The notes under the pieces are model-generated. The model ran no database searches, had not been told where the DNA came from, and saw nothing but the letters and a program-made list of their open reading frames with translations. Shown here piece by piece: positions 18,890 through 27,954 of a stretch of DNA of 64,000 nt. Origin of the DNA: Faecousia sp. (lineage in GTDB: Bacteria; Bacillota; Clostridia; Oscillospirales; Oscillospiraceae); the NCBI GenBank assembly GCA_045601345.1, contig JAZRZL010000075.1, positions 11,040-75,039 of the forward strand. Reading direction: 5' to 3'. The position numbers and the translations under genes are program-made. Each line of letters starts with the position of its first letter. Position 1 is the first letter of the stretch.

Positions 18890-20608
18890 ATGTTAAAGCG
18901 TTTGAGCGCCATTGTGCTTGCGATGGTTCTGTGTTTTTCCTGCCTCAGCAGCGTATGCACCGCTGCGGCGCAGTACCGGCAGGAGGATGCGGAGCTGGAG
19001 CTGCGGGAGCTGATGGAGGAATACTGCGGCAGCTATTGGTACAGCAGCTTCCAAGGCTCCTCACAATGCAAAGGCTTTGCGGATCTGGTCTTTGATGCGC
19101 TCTTCGGCACGGGCGGCCCTGGACCCTACTCCGACAGCCGCTATACCCTGCCCGATGCCACCAGCCGCTCCTGCACCTGTATTGGTATCCTCTCTTCGAG
19201 CGAATCCAATTATGACAGTCTGAAGGCTCTTCTCTCCCAAGCGCTGCCCGGAGATTATGTCCAGTGCGTCCGCTACACCGGAACACAGCATTCCATGATC
19301 GTTCTGGAAACCTCCGATACCGGCATCACCTTCTTTGACTGCAATCTCAAGGGAAGCTACCTGTGCGCCAGCTATACATACACCTGGGACGAGGCCTCTG
19401 ACTATCTTACCCGGGGTATCTCCCTTTATCGCCACAATGGATATGTGCCCTCCGAATCCTACCGGCTTTATTTTGATCCCGAAAGCGGCAAATGCACGGT
19501 TACATCCGCTCCTGTGAAAAAGGGAGCGGCCTATGGCATTCTTCCCCTGCCGGAGCGCAAGGGCTACCTCTTTGACGGCTGGTATTATCTCTGCTATGGT
19601 TCCTCTAAGACCCCAACGAAGGTATTTGTCAATGAGAATACCGTCCATACCGTCAATGGCAATGTCTATCTCCATGCCGCATGGCAGGAGGATCCCGGTC
19701 CGTGTGCAACCAATGGCCACAGCTGGAAAACAAAGGTAACGCCTCCTACCTGTGTGACCGACGGCAATACCACCGAGACCTGTACGGTCTGCGGCATCTC
19801 CAAAATTTCCGACATTCAGCCCGCTACTGGCCATAGCTGGACAAATACGAGCACCCTTGCACCTACCTGCAAGGACGATGGCTACACGCTCCAGACCTGT
19901 ACCACCTGTAATGCCACCCAAAAGGTCAACATGGTTCCTGCCAGTCACACCTACCGAGAGGTCAGCTGTATCCCCGCCACCAACGGTGAGGATGGCTATA
20001 TCACCTATCTTTGCACTAGCTGCGGCTATACCGTCACGGAAACCCTTCCCAGCCAGCTCCATCGCTTCACAGATTTGCAGGAGAGTGCTTGGTACTATCC
20101 GTATGTAAAAGAAATGGTCGTTCTGGGCATTATGAATGGAACCAGTGATGCTGCCTTCTCCCCCAATAATACCCTGACCCGCGGTATGCTGGTCACGATC
20201 CTCTACCGTATGCAGGGAGAGCCGGAGGCTGCCATTGCGGACTATACTGATGTGCCTACAGGGAAGTGGTATGCTGCCGCTGTGGGGTGGGCTAGTGAAA
20301 ACGGCATTGTAACTGGCTACCCGGACAAGACCTTCCGTCCGAATGCCCCTGTCACGCGTGAACAGGCAGCAACCATTCTCTATCGCTGTGCGCCCCTCAT
20401 GGGCAGGAGCACGGCGCTGACCGCATCACTTGAGGAATTCACGGATATGGACACGATTTCCGCCTATGCCCAAACCCCCATGGCATGGGCAAAGGCCAAC
20501 GACATCCTCTCCGGCTATCCAGATGAGACCCTCCGACCCGGTGGAAGTGCCTCCAGAGCACAGATTGCGAAAATGATTGTCACCTTTACGAATTGTTTGG
20601 AAAGGTAA
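18890..20608 (+). CDS. SLH-anchored cell-surface protein (possible papain-like Cys domain, Listeria-Bacteroides repeat, Cys-rich repeats, 3 SLH)
   Basis: Signal peptide present. QCKGFADLVF is a possible catalytic-Cys motif. KGYLFDGWYY repeat. Three C-terminal SLH motifs (FTDLQESAWYYPYV..., YTDVPTGKWYAAAV..., FTDMDTISAYAQTP...). Confidence 0.75.
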   Translation: MLKRLSAIVLAMVLCFSCLSSVCTAAAQYRQEDAELELRELMEEYCGSYWYSSFQGSSQCKGFADLVFDALFGTGGPGPYSDSRYTLPDATSRSCTCIGILSSSESNYDSLKALLSQALPGDYVQCVRYTGTQHSMIVLETSDTGITFFDCNLKGSYLCASYTYTWDEASDYLTRGISLYRHNGYVPSESYRLYFDPESGKCTVTSAPVKKGAAYGILPLPERKGYLFDGWYYLCYGSSKTPTKVFVNENTVHTVNGNVYLHAAWQEDPGPCATNGHSWKTKVTPPTCVTDGNTTETCTVCGISKISDIQPATGHSWTNTSTLAPTCKDDGYTLQTCTTCNATQKVNMVPASHTYREVSCIPATNGEDGYITYLCTSCGYTVTETLPSQLHRFTDLQESAWYYPYVKEMVVLGIMNGTSDAAFSPNNTLTRGMLVTILYRMQGEPEAAIADYTDVPTGKWYAAAVGWASENGIVTGYPDKTFRPNAPVTREQAATILYRCAPLMGRSTALTASLEEFTDMDTISAYAQTPMAWAKANDILSGYPDETLRPGGSASRAQIAKMIVTFTNCLER

Positions 20609-20614
20609 TGCACT

Positions 20615-21202
20615 ATGAATATTCCGCAACTCCTTGAGCTTGTGATCCCGGAGCTGTCCCATACGCTCTCCATGTTGTCACTGTACGGTGCAATCGCGTT
20701 GGCACTGCTCACCTGCTTTTTCGGTTTTCGGCTTAGACAGGTATGGTATACGCTGCTGATTTTTGCAGTGGGCGGTTTGTTGGGCTTTGCAGTAGCAAGA
20801 TTGTTCCTGCCGGAAAAGCTCGGAATCTGTCTCCTCATTGGCCTCGGTGTCGGGCTTCTTGCAACGCTCTTTACCTTTCGGTTATATCAGGCCGCAATGT
20901 TCTGCATCGGCTTTTTTGCCGTGTTTCTTGCCATCGGTGAAGTGCTTGGGAATGCCTATCCCGTGATCGGCGTTATTGCATCCGTGCTGTTGGGTGTGCT
21001 GGGCGGTATTCTTGCGGCACGCTATCAGTATAAGGTTGTAATCCTTATTACCGCTTTCTCCGGCGGCTGGCGTGCGGCTTCCCTGCTTCGCCGGTGTATT
21101 CCTTCTATGACGGTACAGATCACGCTGATTTTGGCAGCTTGCCTGATTGCCGCCGGTCTGGTGTTCCAATTCTCTACCACGCAAAAATTTGCAAAAAAAT
21201 AG
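20615..21202 (+). CDS. polytopic membrane protein (DUF4203-like)
   Basis: About six hydrophobic helices. Starts 6 nt after the preceding stop. No functional motif recognised. Confidence 0.55.
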   Translation: MNIPQLLELVIPELSHTLSMLSLYGAIALALLTCFFGFRLRQVWYTLLIFAVGGLLGFAVARLFLPEKLGICLLIGLGVGLLATLFTFRLYQAAMFCIGFFAVFLAIGEVLGNAYPVIGVIASVLLGVLGGILAARYQYKVVILITAFSGGWRAASLLRRCIPSMTVQITLILAACLIAAGLVFQFSTTQKFAKK

Positions 21203-21215
21203 AGGTGGTGCGCAT

Positions 21216-22388
21216 ATGCGTACACGGCTCCTGAATCTGATCACCCGCCGCCACGGGGACTTGTCTGGCAATGCCGCACGCACAGCTTGCGGAAAGGCAG
21301 CCGGAATCATTGGCATTTGCTGCAATATTCTGCTTTTTGTTGCCAAGCTCATCATTGGTCTGCTCTCCGGCTCTGTAGCTATCACTGCAGATGCCGTGAA
21401 TAACCTCTCCGATGCCTCGGCCTCCCTGCTGACTCTTTTGGGCTTCCGTTTGGCAGAAAAGCCTGCCGATGAGGATCACCCCTTCGGCCACGCCAGAGTG
21501 GAATATCTGACCGGTCTCGGGGTCGCTGCTCTGATTCTGGTCATCGGTGTAGAACTAGGAAAATCCTCAATTGCGAAAATTCTCCATCCTGAAGAAATTC
21601 AGTTCTCTATTGTGCTGGTGCTTGTGCTGGTACTGTCCATTCTGGTCAAGCTGTGGATGGCAAGCATCTACCGCTTCTTTGGAAAAACCATTGATTCCGC
21701 CACCCTTATGGCTACCGCCACGGACAGTCGGAATGATGTTATCAGCACCGCCACTGTCCTGCTTGCCTGTGTGCTCGGTAAAATTACCGATCTGCGACTT
21801 GATGGCTATATGGGCATGGCGGTCGCGCTGTTCATCATCTGGTCAGGCATCGGTATTGCCCGCGATACCATCTCGCCCCTGCTGGGAGAAAATGCTGACC
21901 CGGCTCTGATCCGCGCTATTGTGCAAGATGTACGCACCTGCCCGGAGGTACTGGGTGTGCATGATGTGATGGTACACGACTACGGGCCGGGACAGAAATT
22001 CGCCACCCTCCATGTTGAGATGGATGGGCGGGAAGACCCCCTCCGCTGCCACGATCTGATCGACAACATAGAGCGCGAGATTTTAGCGCACCACGGCGTA
22101 CATCTGACCATCCATTATGATCCTCTGGAAATGGACAACGAAGAAACCAATACCATCCGCATCCAAGTTCTGGATCTGATCCATGGTATTGACCCCCGCC
22201 TATCCATGCACGATTTCCGCATGGTGCGCGGAGAGGATCACTGCAACCTGATTTTCGATCTTGTTGTCCCTCCTACACTTGATCACACCGAACTTCGCCA
22301 CACGATTACCCGCGAAATTGAGGCGCTCCCAGGCAAGTATTACGCTGTTATTACCTTTGATTCTGCCGCATTCAACCCCGGTACATAA
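21216..22388 (+). CDS. cation diffusion facilitator (CDF) family metal efflux transporter
   Basis: Start trimmed to the ATG at 21216 after AGAGGTGG. SGSVAITADAVNNLSD and HPFGHARVEY are CDF hallmarks. Has a C-terminal cytoplasmic domain. Confidence 0.8.
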   Translation: MRTRLLNLITRRHGDLSGNAARTACGKAAGIIGICCNILLFVAKLIIGLLSGSVAITADAVNNLSDASASLLTLLGFRLAEKPADEDHPFGHARVEYLTGLGVAALILVIGVELGKSSIAKILHPEEIQFSIVLVLVLVLSILVKLWMASIYRFFGKTIDSATLMATATDSRNDVISTATVLLACVLGKITDLRLDGYMGMAVALFIIWSGIGIARDTISPLLGENADPALIRAIVQDVRTCPEVLGVHDVMVHDYGPGQKFATLHVEMDGREDPLRCHDLIDNIEREILAHHGVHLTIHYDPLEMDNEETNTIRIQVLDLIHGIDPRLSMHDFRMVRGEDHCNLIFDLVVPPTLDHTELRHTITREIEALPGKYYAVITFDSAAFNPGT

Positions 22389-22542
22389 AATATAACCAAA
22401 GGTACTGGAAATAATAAATAAGGTCACCTCTAAAAAGAGGATGCTGTGGATTGGTTACTGTCCCCTACCACACGATGGTGCAACGACAGGCTCCAACCAC
22501 AGTCCTTTACAGTATTGTTCATCAGTTAGATACCGCCTGTCC

Positions 22543-23631
22543 TCAGATGGCAGATAGGATTGCCTCCAATGCTTCCGGCCGGAAGACTCTTCGAGAAAAG
22601 GCGTGAAAAAGAGAAGCCATATTATTCTCCGAATGTTCCACCTCTCTTGAGAGTGTCCAGGCAAGACGGAGAAATCGCTCTTTGCTTTTGTCTTCGCTGC
22701 TGCTCATCAATTGACGAAGGAGCAGCGGCAGCAGTACGCAGAATACCGCCGTTGGCCAGATATTGCGGTCAAACACGGCGCGGGGGAAATATTTATAAAT
22801 GCCATAGCTGAGAAGCTGCTCCCAAGCCCCCGGGAGCGGTGGGCAAAGGCTCGTCCAATCCACCGGCACAAGGCTTTGGTTCAGTGCGCTGTGAAGCTGC
22901 TCCTGCCATACTGGCGAAAGCACCTCCATTGAATCCATAAGCTCCAAAAGCGCCTTTTGAAAATGCGCAACACCTGCTTCTCCGGCGCTCTGAACCTCTG
23001 AATCGTGCTGTGCATCTTCTATTCCTTTTGTAAGTGCGGCGCTCAATTGCCGATCCCGTTTTGCTGCGGCCACAGGCGCGCACAGGCGCAACAGCTGCAC
23101 ACATTTTTGAGAAAACGGAATCGCCTCCTCTGCCACGATCTCCAATGCTTTTTCCCGAAGCATATGCATCGTAATGATTAGCGCCGGCGAAAGCTCATGG
23201 AGCGAAGACATTGGCTCGTCGGTGTTTTCTTTCCATAATGTAAGTTTCTTTGTATTGGTTAGAATCAGTCTTGCCGCCTCCGGGCAGGATAAGCTCAGGC
23301 CAATTTCCCTGCGCAGACCAATTTCTGTAGAGAATCTCGGATATTTTGCGCAGATTTTGCACAAATGCTCTTCCCCAAGCTCTGCCTGAATGGGGCAAAG
23401 GCCATCCGGGCGAAGCAGCTTGCAAAGCCCCTTCTCCAAGCCAAAGCAGCGCTCCCCTTCAATTTCGACCATCGCATCGCGGAGCTTCTGCCCAAGCGCA
23501 CCCGATACCTGCGAATAAAACGCTTCGCTCTCCGGGTCGATCACGACCTCCCAGTTTGCACAGCAGGTATCCGGGCAAGCTCCTGCAAGGCAGGAAAATG
23601 CATCATAATAATGCGGTTTTGTAATTTCCAT
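22543..23631 (-). CDS. FliB-like / YkgJ-type cysteine-cluster protein (annotated in databases as flagellin lysine-N-methylase family)
   Basis: N-terminal YYDAFSCLAGACPDTCCANWEVVID plus further Cys motifs. Starts 4 nt downstream of the traX stop. Confidence 0.55.
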   Translation of the reverse strand: MEITKPHYYDAFSCLAGACPDTCCANWEVVIDPESEAFYSQVSGALGQKLRDAMVEIEGERCFGLEKGLCKLLRPDGLCPIQAELGEEHLCKICAKYPRFSTEIGLRREIGLSLSCPEAARLILTNTKKLTLWKENTDEPMSSLHELSPALIITMHMLREKALEIVAEEAIPFSQKCVQLLRLCAPVAAAKRDRQLSAALTKGIEDAQHDSEVQSAGEAGVAHFQKALLELMDSMEVLSPVWQEQLHSALNQSLVPVDWTSLCPPLPGAWEQLLSYGIYKYFPRAVFDRNIWPTAVFCVLLPLLLRQLMSSSEDKSKERFLRLAWTLSREVEHSENNMASLFHAFSRRVFRPEALEAILSAI

Positions 23632-23635
23632 TTCA

Positions 23636-24337
23636 TCACATCCTGTTAAGCAGCATTCCCACTGCCCAGATCACAGCCAGATGCAGGGGATAATACATAT
23701 AAAACAGATACTTTAAGCGTCGTTTTCCTCTTGTTCCGTCATAAAGCGACAGCGGCAGAAGCGCCATAAGGCCAAACCACTGGATACCGCCCGCCTCCAG
23801 CGCCACAAGACAAAGGCCAACCCCACAAATCAGCAGACGGCGCGGACGGGTATCTGCCAGATAGATGAGCACTGGCAGCAGAACCCCGCTCAAGCCGTAG
23901 TCCACGCCATAATCTGTCCCTTTGCATAGCTTTGGCAAAATCACGCACAGAAAAGCGGAGATTATGCAGATCGCAAGGAAACCGAGCCATCGAAGACCTC
24001 CCGTTTCATTTGCCCATTGGAGAATAAAAATGATCGAAATGGACAGGGAAAAGGTGATGAGAATGCACTGATAAACGCTTCTCATTGCGAAAAAATAAAC
24101 CAACTGACAGAGCACGCCAATGCCCAGCACCATACCGAGATACCGCGCCTTATGGGCGGTATAGCGACACCCTTCGGCGATCATATAGGCGAAAATCGGA
24201 AAGGCCAGACGGCCAATGATCCGCAAAATCAGATCATTAGGCAGCAGCATCAGCCCTATATGGTCTGCGGTCATGGCAATGAGTGCAAGAATTTTCAATT
24301 GATTGGAGGACATTGCGAATCTATTTTGCTTTTCCAT
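23636..24337 (-). CDS. TraX family membrane protein
   Basis: Start trimmed to the ATG at 24337 (MEKQNRF...), 6 nt after GGAG. LKILALIAMTADHIG...GRLAFPIFAYMIAEG is typical of TraX. Confidence 0.7.
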   Translation of the reverse strand: MEKQNRFAMSSNQLKILALIAMTADHIGLMLLPNDLILRIIGRLAFPIFAYMIAEGCRYTAHKARYLGMVLGIGVLCQLVYFFAMRSVYQCILITFSLSISIIFILQWANETGGLRWLGFLAICIISAFLCVILPKLCKGTDYGVDYGLSGVLLPVLIYLADTRPRRLLICGVGLCLVALEAGGIQWFGLMALLPLSLYDGTRGKRRLKYLFYMYYPLHLAVIWAVGMLLNRM

Positions 24338-24422
24338 AAGAGGCTCCTTTTGCGGTGAGGCATCTTTCCTCTTATTATGCATGATAGCTGCCGATTCTTC
24401 AACGTTTTTTTTACTTCTTAGG

Positions 24423-24450
24423 TTGTTTTTGCCCAAGGGTTTGCTATAAT
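24423..24450 (+). promoter_or_regulatory. candidate promoter of the MocR-type regulator
   Basis: TTGTTT, 16 nt, TATAAT. Confidence 0.35.
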
Positions 24451-24473
24451 GAAAGGCAAAGGGAGGCGAGCGC

Positions 24474-25841
24474 ATGATTGATCTGAACAACCAGCGGCAA
24501 ATACCGTTATATGAATCTGTCTACCGCCAGATTCGGGAGGAAATCAGTACCGGTCAGAGAAAAGCCGGAGAAAAGCTGCCCTCTAAGCGCTCCCTTGCAC
24601 AGTCGCTGGACATCAGCATCCATACCGTGGAGGGTGCCTACTGGCAGCTCGAATCCGAGGGCTATATTGAAGCACGTCCCAGAAGCGGCTATTATGTTCT
24701 TCCCCTGTTCGACCTGACCCCGAAGGCCGCTCCCTTGCCCCAGCCTGCGCTTGACGATTGCAGACCCCAGGATAAGGTGGATTTTGCCGTGGGCGCTGTG
24801 GATGAGCAGCTTTTTCCCATGACCATCTGGCAACGGCTGATTCGGAGCAGCCTCAACACGCCCGGTATTCTCTCCCGTACAGCCCCCTTCGGTGATCTGA
24901 CGCTTAGGCAGGAGTTGGTGCGCTATCTGGCACGGGCAAGGGGCATTCACTGTGACCCGGCGCAGGTGCTTCTCGGTCCGGGTACCAATGATCTTTTGCG
25001 TACCCTGAGCACCATTCTCCCCGATGGCTGCACCTTTGCTGTGGAAAATCCCGCCTACCACCGGGCACATCTGCATTTTGCCCGCATGGGACACACTGTG
25101 CTCCCGGCAAAAATGGACGGCAAGGGCATTCTGGTGGAGCCTCTGGAAAAGCTTGACCACATTATTGTCTATACCGCGCCCTCCCACCAGTATCCTCTGG
25201 GCTTCGCCATGCCGATGGGACGGCGGACAGAGCTGCTTTCCTGGTGCGGTCGGGGACAATTTCGATACGTAATTGAGGATGACTACGATTCCGAATTTCG
25301 GTATGATGCAAAACCGCTTCCCTCTTTGCAAAGCATTGACCACTCTGACCGGGTCGTATATCTGGGCACCATGTCAGGCGTTATTTCGCCGTCTCTCCAA
25401 ATCAGCTATATGATCCTGCCAAGAACGCTTCTGGCCTCTCTGGGAGAATACTGCTGCAATGTGCCAACACTCACGCAGTTTGCCCTACGGGAATTCATGG
25501 CACAGGGCTATTTTGAAAAGCATTTAAACCGTATGCGGGTATGCTACCGCAATCGTAGGCGGGAACTGATCGCCCTTTTGCAGCCCTATGAGACCCGGCT
25601 TCATGTCATTGGCGCACAGGCCGGCAGCTTCCTTCTGGTGCAGGTTGCAGACGGCGGCGGAGAGGAAATCCTATGCCAAAGAGCACAGGCATTGGGAGTG
25701 CGGGTCTACCCCATCAGCCCCTACTTTATGGATGGGCTGCCAGAGGAATATGAAAACACCGTCCTTCTCGGCTATGGAAATTTACAGACCGCGCAAATGC
25801 AGCTTGGTATCAAGCTTTTGGCAAAAGCTTGGAAATTATAG
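24474..25841 (+). CDS. MocR/PdxR-type regulator (GntR HTH fused to PLP aminotransferase-like domain)
   Basis: N-terminal YRQIREEISTGQRKAGEKLPSKRSLAQSLDISIHTVEGAY wHTH, followed by a fold-type-I aminotransferase-like body of about 350 aa. Confidence 0.8.
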   Translation: MIDLNNQRQIPLYESVYRQIREEISTGQRKAGEKLPSKRSLAQSLDISIHTVEGAYWQLESEGYIEARPRSGYYVLPLFDLTPKAAPLPQPALDDCRPQDKVDFAVGAVDEQLFPMTIWQRLIRSSLNTPGILSRTAPFGDLTLRQELVRYLARARGIHCDPAQVLLGPGTNDLLRTLSTILPDGCTFAVENPAYHRAHLHFARMGHTVLPAKMDGKGILVEPLEKLDHIIVYTAPSHQYPLGFAMPMGRRTELLSWCGRGQFRYVIEDDYDSEFRYDAKPLPSLQSIDHSDRVVYLGTMSGVISPSLQISYMILPRTLLASLGEYCCNVPTLTQFALREFMAQGYFEKHLNRMRVCYRNRRRELIALLQPYETRLHVIGAQAGSFLLVQVADGGGEEILCQRAQALGVRVYPISPYFMDGLPEEYENTVLLGYGNLQTAQMQLGIKLLAKAWKL

Positions 25842-25913
25842 TAAATGCTTCCACTGGTATTGTGCCGCAATCCGGGCATACTACTCATGCAATACCAGAA
25901 AGGAGGCAACAAC

Positions 25914-26081
25914 ATGAACTGCGAAAATGTCAACAAGTGCATCGCCTGCACCGTTAGCCAGTGCCGTCACCACTGTGACGAGGCCGACTACTGCTCTCTG
26001 GACAAGATTCTGGTCGGCACCCATGAGGCCAACCCTACCATGGATCAGTGTACGGACTGCAAGTCCTTCCTTAGAAAGTAA
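25914..26081 (+). CDS. DUF1540 small Cys-rich protein
   Basis: Start trimmed to the ATG at 25914 after AAAGGAGG. 55 aa with two CxxxxxC..HC-type repeats (CIACTVSQCRHHC, CTDCKSF). Confidence 0.6.
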   Translation: MNCENVNKCIACTVSQCRHHCDEADYCSLDKILVGTHEANPTMDQCTDCKSFLRK

Positions 26082-26089
26082 CGCAAAAA

Positions 26090-26125
26090 GGAGGCTGTCT
26101 TCATGTGGCAGTCTCCTTTTTTAGG
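26090..26125 (+). terminator. rho-independent terminator after the DUF1540 gene
   Basis: AGGAGGCTG...CAGTCTCCT stem followed by TTTTTT. Confidence 0.5.
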
Positions 26126-26230
26126 AGGACACGGGGACGGTTCTCCTGTCTCCTTCATCATTTCCTTTTTTCACTGTTTCTTGCGGTTGCAAGGAGACAG
26201 GAGACCCGTCCCCGTGTCCCCCACATCCCT
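26126..26230. repeat. long inverted repeat (about 30-bp arms, about 45-nt loop)
   Basis: GGACACGGGGACGGTTCTCCTGTCTCCTT ... AAGGAGACAGGAGACCCGTCCCCGTGTCC. The GGGACGGTTCTCC core resembles the inner-TIR motif of the repeat family. Confidence 0.6.
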
Positions 26231-26389
26231 CTTCTCGGAGAGCGTAATGAAAAAGAAGCCTGAATGAACGAAATAAGAAAAGATGTTCCGACAATTTGCA
26301 CCATGTCGGAACATCTCATTTTTATAGTTCAAATCATGCGGGAAACCGCGTAGGAGGTCACGCAACAAATGGGTGACCTCCTACGCTTT

Positions 26390-27112
26390 TTAATAACTGG
26401 AAGTAGGTGTCAGTGTGCAGTCGGAAACAACGCCGCCCTTAAATACACCATCGGCAATGACCAGTGTGCCGATGGCGCCGAGCGATTCGGATGCAGACAC
26501 CGGCTGCTGCCAGGAACCGTCATAGTAGGGATCCTCAATGGCAGAATCGGAGGCAATACGGCCATAGCACTGCACGGTCTTACCCTCATACTGGTCGGCA
26601 AACTGCTGCATATTGATAAGCTGCACACGCTCCAGCGTATCGGACATGGTGGTCAGGAGCATATCAGCCTGTGCAGGCGCATAGGCCTTCTTCACAGAGA
26701 TTTCCGCATTCACCATCCAGTAACCGTCCAGCGCCTTTTCGTTCTTCTCCCATGTGCCCTTGACCTCAACCTGACAACCCTGTGCGGGAAGATTATCCGT
26801 GGACGTAGGAACAAATTCCCACTGCCAGTCGCAGCACTTGGTCTCATCATTATAGCCCCAGACGTAATAGCGGGTGCAATCGTTATAGCTGTCATGAAGG
26901 ATGGTAAACGTGCCTTCTTTCGTAAAGCTCTTGCCGATATAATCATCGCCAGTCTGGTTATAGAAAATATTCTGATAAAGAACATATTCCGCCGTGTTCA
27001 GCACAGTGGGCATCGTGCCATCATCGGCAGTCTCAATCTCATTCTTACTGCCACAAGCGCAGAGGCTCAGAAGCAGCAGGGCGGCTAAAATCAGGGCAAT
27101 CCATTTTTTCAT
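26390..27112 (-). CDS. lipoprotein of unknown function, last gene of the zur-znu operon
   Basis: Lipobox LSLCAC-G. ATGA overlap with the znuB stop (27109-27112). Contains several Cys and Trp-rich motifs. Confidence 0.6.
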   Translation of the reverse strand: MKKWIALILAALLLLSLCACGSKNEIETADDGTMPTVLNTAEYVLYQNIFYNQTGDDYIGKSFTKEGTFTILHDSYNDCTRYYVWGYNDETKCCDWQWEFVPTSTDNLPAQGCQVEVKGTWEKNEKALDGYWMVNAEISVKKAYAPAQADMLLTTMSDTLERVQLINMQQFADQYEGKTVQCYGRIASDSAIEDPYYDGSWQQPVSASESLGAIGTLVIADGVFKGGVVSDCTLTPTSSY

Positions 27113-27954
27113 GTTGTTTTCCTCCTAAAAACGAATCCAAACATTGTCATTAAAACAAATGCAATAATATCTACGCCAACGATCGTGGAGCCAACCGGCG
27201 TTCCGGCAAGTACAGAAATCAGAATGCCAAGGGTAGAGCAGCATACTGACAGCACCGCAGAACAAATCGTTACGGATTTAAAGCTGCGAAACACCCGCAT
27301 GGCAGACAGTGCCGGGAAAATCACCAGTGCAGAAATGAGCAGCGAACCGACCAGATTCATTGCCAGCACAATGATCACTGCAATAATCACGGCAATGAGC
27401 AGGTTATAAAGCTTCGCTTTGGTTCCCGTAGCCACGGCAAAAGCCTCATCGAAGGTCACACAGAAAATCTTGTTATAGAAGAAGATGAAAGCCAGCACCA
27501 CGACCACGGAAAGGCTGATGCAAAGCCACACATCGGTCTTGGACAGGGTCAAAATAGATGTGGAGCCAAACAAGGTCGTACAGACATCACCCGACAGGTT
27601 GGACGATGTGGAAAACAGGTTCAGCAATAAATAACCGATCGCCAAAGCGCCAACCGAGATCATAGCCACCGCAGCATCGCCCTTGATTTTTGCATTCTGC
27701 CCGGTGCGCAGAAGCAGGACAGCACTGATAATGGTGATGGGCAGGATCAGGAGCATATCATTGGTCAGACCCAGCACACCGGCCACAGCCATCGCGCCAA
27801 AGGCCACATGGGAAAGGCCGTCACCGATAAAGGAGAAGCGCTTGAGTACCAGCGTAACACCCAGAAGGGAGGAGCACAGAGAAATCAGCACACCCACAAT
27901 GAGCGCATAGCGAACAAAGGGATACTGGAAATAGGCAATTAGCTTATCCATCAT
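27109..27954 (-). CDS. znuB: metal (zinc) ABC transporter permease, ABC-3 family
   Basis: Start trimmed to MMDKLIAYFQYPFVRYA at 27954, overlapping the znuC stop. Polytopic membrane protein of the ABC-3 type. Confidence 0.8.
   Translation of the reverse strand: MMDKLIAYFQYPFVRYALIVGVLISLCSSLLGVTLVLKRFSFIGDGLSHVAFGAMAVAGVLGLTNDMLLILPITIISAVLLLRTGQNAKIKGDAAVAMISVGALAIGYLLLNLFSTSSNLSGDVCTTLFGSTSILTLSKTDVWLCISLSVVVVLAFIFFYNKIFCVTFDEAFAVATGTKAKLYNLLIAVIIAVIIVLAMNLVGSLLISALVIFPALSAMRVFRSFKSVTICSAVLSVCCSTLGILISVLAGTPVGSTIVGVDIIAFVLMTMFGFVFRRKTT

Noticed and set aside
21203-21215. Possible NiCo (czcD-type) riboswitch before the CDF transporter
   Set aside because: The gap to the preceding gene is only 13 nt, leaving no room for a riboswitch.
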